Below are positions 34,801 to 43,939 of a DNA stretch of 64,000 bases, piece after piece (within the stretch, counting starts at the first letter, position 1; the number at the start of each line of letters is the position of its first letter). The notes under the pieces are model-generated. The model saw only the letters and a program-made list of their open reading frames with translations. It was not told the origin of the DNA and did not search any database. Origin of the DNA: Schmidtea polychroa (taxonomy: Eukaryota); assembly GCA_044892525.1 (NCBI GenBank), contig CM097885.1:207142001-207206000 (forward strand), read 5' to 3'. The position numbers and the translations under genes were made by a program.

Positions 34801-37451
34801 CAGTTACATCTGATAATAGTAGAAATATGATTAAAGCGACAATACTCTTAATAAATGAATTTGAAGTTTCTGACCTTGAAGAAGTGGAAGACAAAGAAGA
34901 TGAATTATTATGTCCAAACGAAGAAGGATTAGAACTATTTTCTAGTTTATATTCTAATATCATTCACTCTAGGTGCATAACTCCTTCTCTCCAGTTGGCA
35001 GTGTATGACACAATATCTGCAGTTAATCATAATATTACTAAATGCAAAGATTTTTCTAAGAAGCTAAGGGTGCCTAATAAATCTAATAGATGCTGAACTA
35101 AATATGGGTGACCAAATGTGGGAATTTATTTCAGATTTCGTTGAGATTTTCGAGGCCGTTAAAAATATAACATTAAAGTTGTAAAATGAACAAATGAATT
35201 TGGGAGATAATTGAAGGAAGTTTAGCTCGGAATCATGGCAGTATTTTTTTAACATTTTCCGTGAAAGTGATTTAAATATATCTCTACTATTCTGCAATAG
35301 CGACATTTTTAGCCTTTATTATAAAATTCTATTGTCTTTCAATTCTGTAAAACGTTGAAGACCTTTTAGTATCAAATATTCAGTAAAGATTTAATTCTAT
35401 ATTTAAAATATAAACAAGCACACTCATTCCTTTTAATTACAAGACTTTTTTCTCATTAGTCAATTTTGATCATATCAATACTTGTTTTTATTATAAATTA
35501 TATTCAAGAAAAAAATAATTTGAAACTATGGCACGAGATTATAAGAATCATTGTGATTGTTACAAAAGCAGTAATAGTATAAAATTATGATTTCTTTGTT
35601 GCAGCATAAATTAAATGTTAAACAAGTGATAAATAAATATTTTCACATAAAGGTTTATCTTATAATTTATTTGTTCAACATTTAATTTATAATGCAACCA
35701 AGAAACTATCATTTTCTACATTCAAAAGACAGGGAATGTTAGCATATGTATGATTCTAACAAGAGTTTAATGTAGAATTTCATATTTCTATTTTATCTTT
35801 GTATAAAATACTTTTCCGTATTAAGTATTAAAAGAATGCTGAAGATAGGCTTGCCAACTCTCCCGTCTCCCGGTTAACTATGATCCGGGAGATGTAAATC
35901 TCCCGTCTTTCCGTTTTTACAATATTTTACAATTTTTCAAGAAAAAAGTGCAGTTTTTGAAGTTTTAACTTTTATTTGATTTCTCTAAAATCAACAAAGC
36001 TATTGGAGTCTGGCCGACGACAAGAAAAATACAATTTTAAAAACAAACAAAAATAGCATGATTTGTAAACTGTACTATATAATATGTAAAAATAATTGTT
36101 TTGTTTAAATCTTCATATAGTTAAAATCACTAACATGTGTAAACCTAAAAAAGTGAAAAAACACCTGTTATATTATTTCTTAAGCGTTATACTGTTCGCA
36201 ATTTTATAATCTCCCGGGTTCGAGGTTGTGGGAGTTGGCAACCCTAGCTGAAGAATTAAAATATTTGAGAAGTAATAAATCCAATTAATACTCCAAGTGT
36301 AAAAGTGTTTATTGAAAGATATGAGAATTTAGTTGTTGTTTGTTCTCATGCATCATTTAGAATTACATTTCCAGATATGGAGCATGCTTTTAAACTTTCA
36401 TTAAAATCACCATTTGTTATTAGTGAAAGTGATTATTGGTGAATAAAATTATTAAAGTTTACAGAAGATAATACAAACGAACAATTTGCTATAAGTATAA
36501 CTGATGTTTAAAATATAGAATTCGAATATTCTTTTGAAGATGATACTTAATCTGAATTATGACTTTTAATGATAATCAATCCATCACTATTTAAAGAAGT
36601 TAAAATTCTAAATAATGAATTGGTTAAAATAAAACTTGTTAATAACATTTCATAATTCAACTTTGATCACTCCTAGATCCTAGTGACCTGGATTCCAAGT
36701 TGAGACAGTTGACATCATAGATGGTGCAGTCTGTTTTTGTATTTTTGAATTTGTTTAATAATAATATAAATCATCAGAAATGATAAGAAAATATAATTTA
36801 TTTCACTTTTAAGAGATTGTTTAAAGAATTATATCAATCGTTCTGACCGAGTACCAGTTAGCTGTCCTTTTTGTAGCTTAGTCATGAATGATAGGGAAAT
36901 TAAAAGTGTAAGAATATTTATTTTAGAAATTGTAAAAACCTTTAATGACAAAAAATCAGGTTTTGACGCCGATCGATTTCGAGATGTATCATAGACGATG
37001 TAAGAATGCTGCCATAAAGCAGATCGGTTGTGTTTTTCAATGCAAACAGCCGAATTGTGACAATTATTGGAAAATTACAAGCAATACAATAAAGGAATTC
37101 AAGTGCACAAAATGTCAAAAAGTGAATTGCATTGAATGTGAAGCTATTCACACTGGGGAAACTTGTACGTCATATAAAATTAGAAATTCCTCAAAACTAT
37201 CCACTGTAATATTTCCGATCTATTTCTAAAAATGTATCATCATTTAGGAAACAAAAAAAAAAGATAACATCATGACATGTCCACAATGCAAAACGTTTCT
37301 GTCAAAAAATGAAGGTTGCAATTGGATTCAATGTCAAAGTTGTCAAATAGAACTATGCTGGATTCGTAAAATGCTTCGATGGGGTCCAAATGTATTTATT
37401 CATTTCTTTGTAATGATGTGTTGTTAGCAATTGCTATTCTACCGTATTTAG
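9791..37451 (+). CDS. HOIL-1/RBCK1-like RBR E3 ubiquitin ligase, gene B (RING1-IBR-RING1-IBR-RING2), 8 exons, about 371 aa
   Basis: Hand-spliced exons, all GT-AG with the frame conserved: 9791-9876, 13248-13347, 32992-33228, 33276-33460, 36814-36907, 36960-37205, 37248-37391, 37428-37451 (1116 nt, no internal stop). Intron positions and phases match gene A. Motifs: CLGC..CVHSYCWLC..CPFQLC; IBR CLLKEC..CMKC..CISCKAPH..C; CLC..CFHNVCSDC..CPFC; IBR CKQPNC..CTKC..CIECEAIH..C; RING2 MTCPQCKTFLSKNEGCNWIQCQSCQIELCWIRKMLRWGP. The last exon is the least certain. Confidence 0.82.
10802..11000. mobile_element. Small Buster-like hAT MITE
   Basis: TIRs CAGTGGTCTTCAAACT / AGTTTGAAGACCATTG and GGAACCCTGGGGTTCC subterminal motifs like those in the intact Buster at 43940. 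No matching TSD was found. Confidence 0.55.
11187..12249 (+). mobile_element. Decayed, internally deleted Tc1/mariner-superfamily element (DUF4817/Tc3-like) in intron 1 of gene B
   Basis: TIRs of about 45 bp (CCGTGCTATTCAAAAGTCTCCGTCTCTAAAACTAG and CTGTGCGATTCATAAGTCCCCGTTTCTAAAACTAA) with TA TSDs. Fragments KFSLADRVFIV, RKIIFSDKA and WPPGSPDLTILDFWLWSYIKDRVY. Confidence 0.85.
13968..14400. repeat. 100-bp subterminal tandem repeat, left arm
   Basis: CAGACTATAGTGAGGGGGTCTCGATGGTCC recurs at 13968, 14068, 14168 and about 14317. The mirror array lies at about 29480-29820. Confidence 0.9.
14530..15480. repeat. About 30-bp AT-rich tandem satellite, left arm
   Basis: Repeated AAATTACAGTAAATTATGGTTCTAAAAAATT variants. 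The mirror copy at about 28800-29015 is much shorter. Confidence 0.9.
15755..16570. repeat. Degenerate CAACTAG/TACCAAGTACT satellite, left arm
   Basis: Strand-biased, C/A-rich modular repeats. The expanded mirror copy lies at about 27110-28490. Confidence 0.85.
17422..20981. mobile_element. TA-flanked inverted-repeat sub-element inside the left arm
   Basis: Ends CTCTTAGTCTATCCGACAG and TGTCGGATAAACTCAGAG, both flanked by TATATA. 15-bp subterminal repeats (GTAAGGGTACTGGTC) at about 17455-17555. Family unknown. Confidence 0.55.
21534..22443. repeat. Non-palindromic AT-rich spacer of the giant foldback, with decayed direct repeats
   Basis: Arm symmetry stops at 21533 and 22444. The motif ATTTAATTTTAATTGTATTTTTATAAG..CAT.TATTTGA recurs near 21555, 21722 and 22012. 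Confidence 0.7.
23022..26296. mobile_element. Mirror copy of the TA-flanked sub-element inside the right arm
   Basis: Ends CTCTGAGTTTATCCGACA and TGTCGGATAAACTCAGAG, flanked by TATATA. 15-bp TACCCTTACGACCAG repeats at about 26165-26260. Confidence 0.55.
27110..28490. repeat. Expanded GTTG/TAGTAC satellite, right arm, with higher-order units
   Basis: CAGGTAACTGGTTGTTAGTATCTAGTTGTAGG recurs at 27549, 27700 and 27943. Units of about 90 bp occur at about 27320-27500. Confidence 0.85.
29025..29820. repeat. Right-arm subterminal arrays (about 192-bp unit x3, 100-bp unit x about 4)
   Basis: GTGTAGACCACCTATTTC recurs at about 29031, 29223 and 29415. GGACCATCGAGACCCCCTCACTATAGTCTG recurs every 100 bp from about 29488. 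Confidence 0.9.
31056..31192. other. Assembly gap (N run)
   Basis: Run of Ns. Confidence 1.
31809..31884. repeat. (AT)n microsatellite
   Basis: Dinucleotide run. Confidence 0.95.
33774..35330 (+). mobile_element. Decayed, 3'-truncated hAT transposon with BED zinc finger, in intron 4 of gene B
   Basis: TIR CAGGGTTTCGAACCC followed by GAACCY subterminal repeats. BED-like CSKC..RHIKRKH (34127-34348) and VTSDNSRNM (34761 ORF). Multiple stops. Close relative of the copy at 60444-62981. Confidence 0.8.
35846..36246. mobile_element. hAT MITE (TAGGGTTGCCAAC-type TIR)
   Basis: TIRs TAGGCTTGCCAACTC and GAGTTGGCAACCCTA. Exact 8-bp TSD GCTGAAGA at 35838-35845 and 36247-36254. Confidence 0.88.
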
Positions 37452-38199
37452 CAGTACAATTTCATTTATCTTCATTTACATTTCGACTGTAGATTGATGT
37501 TTCTTATATAGTTCGAAAATTAAATGAAGATAAATGAAATTTTATGTATTAAAACAGATCAAATGTAAATAATAAGATAAATGAAGGGAAATTTGGTGTT
37601 TAGAGTTCGTTTCTACCGAACGCTTGTATTTTTCGATCGACGCACTCCCTTTGGACCTATGGGTTCCTTGGTTACATAACCTCACACAATTGACAGCTGG
37701 TTAGTTAAGCCTTTACAACCCCTTTAATGAATATCTATTCCAATCATCATTGTACCCATAGGCGTCCTTTTCCGACTATGTCAGTGCCTTATAAGGAGGT
37801 GAATGACTGATTCACTGACGTATCGTTCGGGTTTTTTTGAAATGGATGAAAGGTTTTACTCGGTTTTTCATTAAGGTCCTCACTGAAATATCATACATAT
37901 TTACACATCCAACGTCTAAAATAAAATATCACATCAATATTGGAAACTAGAAACTATTACTCAAATTTGGTAAAAAGAGGAAAATAAAAATAATCAAGAT
38001 CTCATGATATATTATACAGCCAGTCATCAACAGAGTTATTTTATGAAACGCCTCTAACAAAATATGCAAAAGAAACAACCAACTGTGTCATTGAAAATTA
38101 TGGCTAGAAAATTATACAATGATAGCCGTGGATTGAAACTACGCCAACCAGAGATACTTAACCTAGTTGTATCAGGTCAAAATGAATACAAGGTAGTTT

Positions 38200-38655
38200 T
38201 TATTTTTGATAAACACTTGTTTGTAAGTCCACAAAACCTGGCGCTCGAGTTTGACCATCTTTTGACCATGAAAGGCAAGTGACTTCCGCAGTTGCTTTTT
38301 ATTTGTTCTTAATAACTTCAGCTTTCAAATCTCCAAACGAAACTTTATTTTCCAATTCCCAAATCTTGATAGACGACCCAGTTGCAGCACATAGCCAATA
38401 TCTGTTTGGTGAGAAGAGAAGTTCATTGATAATATCACCTCTTTTTAAAGTGTATAAATGTCTTCCTTCAGATAAATCCCATAACATTAAAGTTCCGTAC
38501 CATGATCCAGACAATGCAAATTTACCATCACTTTCAAATCCATTCCAAATAATCAAAGAAATAAGAGTGTTTGAATAGATTGGGTTAGTTGCAATCTGTG
38601 TAATAAGTCCATCGTGACCAGTAAGTTATCCGCTCATAGTCAATTGTTCCATCAT
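38200..38655 (-). pseudogene. RACK1: Intronless, internally deleted RACK1 pseudogene
   Basis: Reads [24 protein letters not shown]...[63 protein letters not shown]...VTCLSWSKDGQT..GFVDLQTSVYQK*. This matches the RACK1 N-terminus ([25 protein letters not shown]) and C-terminal WD repeats ([20 protein letters not shown]). It has an early stop and large deletions. Confidence 0.9.
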
Positions 38656-39949
38656 TCTTTTTACAAACTAAATTTCAAATTCAAAAATTCGCCCCAACTA
38701 TTCTCTTTCAAACAATTCTTGACAAGAAAGACTCCAGAATTCTAACAACACTTTTTACCAAAAAAAAAATCAATCTAACATATAAAAATCAAAAACATAC
38801 CCATTTCTTGCCGAAATCGTCACCTCCAGTCAGAGGTAAAAGTCATTCGCCCTCTGACTGGTCGAAACACTAGTTGTGGAGAAATTAAGAATAAACGTTA
38901 TCGGTGCCTTGATGTGTTGTAAGGAAAATTACAATTTAGGGAGATGTAATTGACTAGGAAATCACAAATGGGACAAACTGTTGCATGTGTTCATGAAGAA
39001 TCATCAGTGATTGACATTTTGATGATAATAATGTTAGCGAAGAGAAAACAATTGAAAGAGCAAAATCCAACTATTGAGAGTATATTAGTAAAATTTGGGA
39101 ATATATTTATGGCGTTGAATTTTGATATCGGGTTCCCAAACTTGGTTGGTCATGAAATGAAAATGAATGGAGCACCAATCATGCATGCCCTTTGAATACA
39201 ACAGATGTTTATTAAAAGTAAAACAGAGGTTTAGATAATAACGACCATATAAGCTGGGGTGAATCATAATTGCTCCATTATTTATTGTAGGAAAGCATTT
39301 TTGAATTAGAAATAAATTATTTTAGTTTATATTTGATGTCAGGAATCGAAAAATTCGTAACAATAAATATCTCATATATATATATATAGAAATGAAAGTA
39401 TATGTGTTTGTATGTTTGGATATATAAACTTCAATTCATGGGTAAAAGGTAGTCAAATGTATTCTATATATTCTATATTCAAATGTTTACTATACTAAAA
39501 TGTCTAAATTTTTATCCCAATAAATAACATGAAAATTTGCTTTTTAGGCGATTTTAGATTTTATATTTTATCAATTACTTCATGAATTTTATTCAATTAC
39601 TATTTTGGCATTATTTGTGGCTCTAGGGTCGGGGTGACACTAGTGGGGGATGTAGATGCATGGTCAACGATAAACCTTGTCATGTCAACTGTAAGTCTCC
39701 ATATTGCACTCCTGATAATAGAATATTATTTCAACAAAATATGGCTTGAAGTTATACAATTTTTATTTACTGGTGAAATTTATGAACAACTGCTATATTT
39801 TTATGGAAATATATTGGAGGCTTTTATTTTTATTTTTTATTACTAAGAATTTGAAAGAATTTATAATTCAAATGAAAACAAATGAGCAGATGAAATAATT
39901 TTTGTGCTTACCGCTTAATGAATGATTTATAAAGCCCCGATACGATTAA

Positions 39950-41300
39950 TATAATGGATTTCAAAAAAGATTACTTGTATAAAAGTGAATGTTTGAAGAT
40001 TTTGTGTCAAATCACTTCTGGTTTCAACATTTTAAACATTTATTGAACGATTTCTTCATTTTATCGCATAAAGACCCAGGCGAAACGAGCGTGTTCAAGT
40101 TCATAGATAAAGTTTTGGTCTTCGATAATGTGGATCGTATATGGATTCAAATATTTTCTTCTATAGGAAAGTAGAATAGATTATTCACTAGAGGAAATTG
40201 CAAAATCAAGTGTTTTCCCGATCTCATTGCTATATAAGTCGGTCCACAATAACCAACAGTTTCTTGGTTTCCTAAACCGTTAGGCTGAATCTGGATTCTT
40301 TCATACACAGAAGGAATTAATTTGTGTCCTGAGGCCACAACCCAACCATGGTCGGGTAGGCTGACTCTGTATTCGGCATGCATCAGTAGTGGACTTTGCT
40401 TATTTGTAGCTGTCGTCCAAATTAGAATACGAGCTTTGTCACATCGGTCTTAGCATGGAATCTAATCTTCCGAGTGTCTTAGTCTAGTAGTACAGAAAAA
40501 ACCTTTGATGTATTTAGCATGGTGATCGTTCTGTGCTTTTATGAGTTTCGCTGGAACTGTTGACATGACGCTGGCCTTTAAGAGTTGAATTGCGCTTCAG
40601 CAAGAGGCGAAGGTATAGACTACTTCTACTTATTGTAAATCCACCCATATTCAACTGTTCAGTCAGTTTTTATGCTTCTGTATACATAACTCCGTCTCTT
40701 TCATTAGATGATGATCCATGCATAGCAATATTCACAATAGTTTCCAGTAATAAAGGCTGACCTTCCTCAATCCTTGGACTACCAATCTTATCTCAGAGAC
40801 GTGTGTAATTCTGGATTGTTTTCAAATAGAGCGTTCAACTTTCTTTTGTTCTCATTTCTTGCTTTCTGTGCTCTTTTTTGATCACCTTTCATTTTCTTCA
40901 ACTGGTCTTCCAATTTAGTTTTTTTAATTCTATATATTGTTCATGTAAAAGCGTTTCTCGTTTTTGTTGATTGTACAAGCAGACCAGATCAGAATTCAGA
41001 ATATCAATCTGCGACTGCAAATGCAGTTGGACTGTGGCAATTATTGATGTTGCTGAATTGCTAGTACTAAGTCCTGATACTCACTTATCAGTATGAGTAT
41101 CGGAAACTTGCCTGCAGATGATGTTTGTTTGGTCCAAAATGTAAGGAGTGATCCTTTTTGTTGTGGAAAGGGCCTTTAGTTTTGCAACCAATACTCAGCT
41201 TTACATGGGAAATCTTCATGAGTTTTTCATTTCATTCCACTTGATTTAGTTCTTCTTTGCAAGCCTTTCTATTTTTTGTAATATATGCTGAAACGTACGC
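39950..41300 (-). pseudogene. Decayed DNA transposase, most like the Zator family
   Basis: DKARILIWTTATNKQSPLLMHAEYRVSLPDHGWVVASGHKLIPSVY...GPTYIAMRSGKH are motifs I associate with Zator-type transposases. Many stops. Element ends are not securely defined. Confidence 0.55.
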
Positions 41301-42054
41301 GTCAAAAAAACACTGGTACATTTTATATTTATCCATTATTAGGAGTGAATTCCCTGAAAATATTATTTATAATTAATGACTTATAATTAAATTATTTATG
41401 AATTGGTAATATAATTCATTAATTTGATATTAGTATAATGATCAAAGTTCGGTTTATTAAAATTCAACTAAAACCGTCTGCATTAAAGTTTTTTTATAAA
41501 TAAAACATATTTGCGCTCGAACTTTCTTCTTGGTGAAGCAAGTTAAAGTGAAATTTAATTAAAATTTAATTTATACTGTTGACATCTAGTGAGTGAATGA
41601 TTAAATTTATTTGAATGACTAAATAATAGTGATAAAATTATCAAATGAATTATTTTTTTGTGATGTCGCATTTCTCAAAACCCCCTCGCCATCGTCAAAA
41701 TGGACGGTCCATGCGAATTATTAAAAGAATTTGTTGATCTTTGTCAAATGAAGCAATCTATTTTACAATCAGGTGAATTTAGGTATTTTAGAAATCGGGC
41801 TTTTACATTCTGCTTTTTACATTCTGATCTAGAAATTTCAATTATAGAAGTTTTTGAAGGAGATATTTTGTTAAAATATCTATATATTAAATTTCCTAAA
41901 AGCTGCAATGCTTGTTTTACCACCAAATTATGATACCGTATTTCCCCGAAAATAAGACACTGTCTTACTTCAAATTTTCAGAAAAAAAGCTACCTAGGGC
42001 TTATTTTCGGGTCATATTTTCAAAACAAATTTATTACGTTTAAAAACTAGACAT

Positions 42055-43353
42055 TTATTCAAATATAATCATGTCATCCACCTCATTTACATCACCATCA
42101 TTACTGTCAGTCGGGGTTACAATATTGCCCATCCGTGATTCAATTTCATCCAAGATCATCGGTCCAAATCTCGAATGCCTGGCAATATAGCTATCTTCAA
42201 ACGAGCAATTTTTATCCAAGTATCCTGCTCTTAGTGTGTTACCAATGGACGTATCCGTGATTGCATTCCATGCTTTCGCGACCCAAGATACAACCTCTTG
42301 TATTTTTGGCTTTACCAAATTCCCACGTTGATTTCGCTCCATTCTTTTCTCAATATACTCATTTATTTCTGCTCTGAGGTAATCTTTGAATTGTTTATTG
42401 ATCGCAAAGTCGAGTGTTTGAAGATATCCAGTCATTCCGGCAGGTATCATGATCTGATCAATTCTTCTCTCGATTAGGAAGTTTTTAATACCTTGTGCAC
42501 GGTGCGTGCTAGCCGAATCCCAAATGAGCATGCCTCTTTTCCCGCACCTTAAGACAACAGGTAGCATCAAATCCGTCCACCTTTTTATGACAGCTTGTGT
42601 GCACCACGCCTTTTCAGATTCAAGCACATAAATTCCGGAAATGCGTGACAGCTTATCGTTCTTGCCTTTCGTTATGATGAGAGGAGGGATTTTACTTCCA
42701 TTCAGTCGAATTCCCAAAATACAAGTCACGCGCATGCTTTCATAGCCAGTCGATGGGATGTAGATCGACGAAGCACCTCTTTTGTCAATTGTTGTTTGTG
42801 ATTCCAAACCCATAAATACGGCTGTTTCATCCATGGCTATCACATTTGAGTGCTCATATCCCGAAAAATCTATTTGGTCAACAAAATTTTTGTATGCGAT
42901 CGCCCGATTAATAATTTGCTCCTCTTCCAATTTGAACAAAGTAATGGATTTACGTAGAGAAAGTTCATATCGCCCAATGAAACTGTCCAGCCAATGGTTT
43001 GACGCTTTGAACTCATCCGATGAAATATTAAATGGTGTTATCAGCGACAACGCAAATTTTTGAATATCAATCCTTCTAACAACCAATCCAGCGGATCTTC
43101 TTGCAGCAATCCATTCAAATACAGCATCCTCTAAATCGGGAAACAATGTTTGTCGACCCGATCTGAACTTACGTTTCTTTTCATTGCCTTCAGCTGCTCT
43201 TTGAACAAGATTCGCATATTCTGCTCGCCATTTTCTAACCATTCGGAGATCTAGCTTATTATCTCTGCAAAATACCGTAAGATTTAGGCCATTTGACTCT
43301 TCAATAATGGCTTTCTTATATTCTATTGAATAACTTTTTCGATTCGCGCCCAT
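42055..43353 (-). CDS. Intact pogo/Tigger-like transposase (DD35D), 432 aa from the first ATG
   Basis: N-terminal HTH RKSYSIEYKKAII. CENP-B-type HTH GRQTLFPDLEDAVFEWI..FKASNHWLDSF. DDE_1 motifs AMDETAVF, LIWDSASTH and QTLDFAINKQFK, with 35 residues between the second and third Asp. The ORF track starts 18 nt earlier at a non-ATG codon (43371). Confidence 0.92.
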   Translation of the reverse strand: MGANRKSYSIEYKKAIIEESNGLNLTVFCRDNKLDLRMVRKWRAEYANLVQRAAEGNEKKRKFRSGRQTLFPDLEDAVFEWIAARRSAGLVVRRIDIQKFALSLITPFNISSDEFKASNHWLDSFIGRYELSLRKSITLFKLEEEQIINRAIAYKNFVDQIDFSGYEHSNVIAMDETAVFMGLESQTTIDKRGASSIYIPSTGYESMRVTCILGIRLNGSKIPPLIITKGKNDKLSRISGIYVLESEKAWCTQAVIKRWTDLMLPVVLRCGKRGMLIWDSASTHRAQGIKNFLIERRIDQIMIPAGMTGYLQTLDFAINKQFKDYLRAEINEYIEKRMERNQRGNLVKPKIQEVVSWVAKAWNAITDTSIGNTLRAGYLDKNCSFEDSYIARHSRFGPMILDEIESRMGNIVTPTDSNDGDVNEVDDMIIFE

Positions 43354-43939
43354 TCGTGGGTTAAAAGTCAAATTTATAAAATATTAATACTGATTAATAA
43401 ATGCGTTGTAACAAACTAATTAGATTGTTGATCATATAAATGCAATTTTTGTTGAAACAAAGTATCCACTGTGAAAAGTTTATCTATATCACATTATTTC
43501 ATTTTAATGAAAAATAAATAACACACATTTCACATGCGTGACGCCTGTATACCATGCGAATCACGATTTATGGTCTAATATCTTTATATTTCGTTTATAG
43601 TAACTTATGAATGTGACTAACTTTTTTCAGTCAAAAAAAATTATTTTTTTTCGGGCATAACAACCTTATGACGTAAAATCGAAAGAAAGTGCCAGGGATA
43701 AATAAAAAAAAATATAAATTTTATAACAATATGCTAAAATGCAATTGCCCGAGCAATTCAATATGTTCGAACCTAAACTACACGTGAAGGAGGTGTATGT
43801 AAGACATCTGAACAGAACATGTATTAAAATACCTAAAAACCCATGTAAAACCGACACATGTGATTTTAAAATTATGGTCATGATCATTGGATTGGGGATT
43901 GAATAACTAACAGATTTGCCAGTATTTGACACTTTAAAG

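Noticed and set aside
38656-38760. Spliced-leader sequence upstream of the RACK1 pseudogene, as a clue to host phylum
   Set aside because: No recognisable SL sequence was seen.
38815-38885. Possible Penelope-type hammerhead ribozyme (CCAGTCAGAGG...CCTCTGACTGG then GAAAC)
   Set aside because: A stem and GAAA are present, but I could not find the CUGANGA core in the proper position on either strand.
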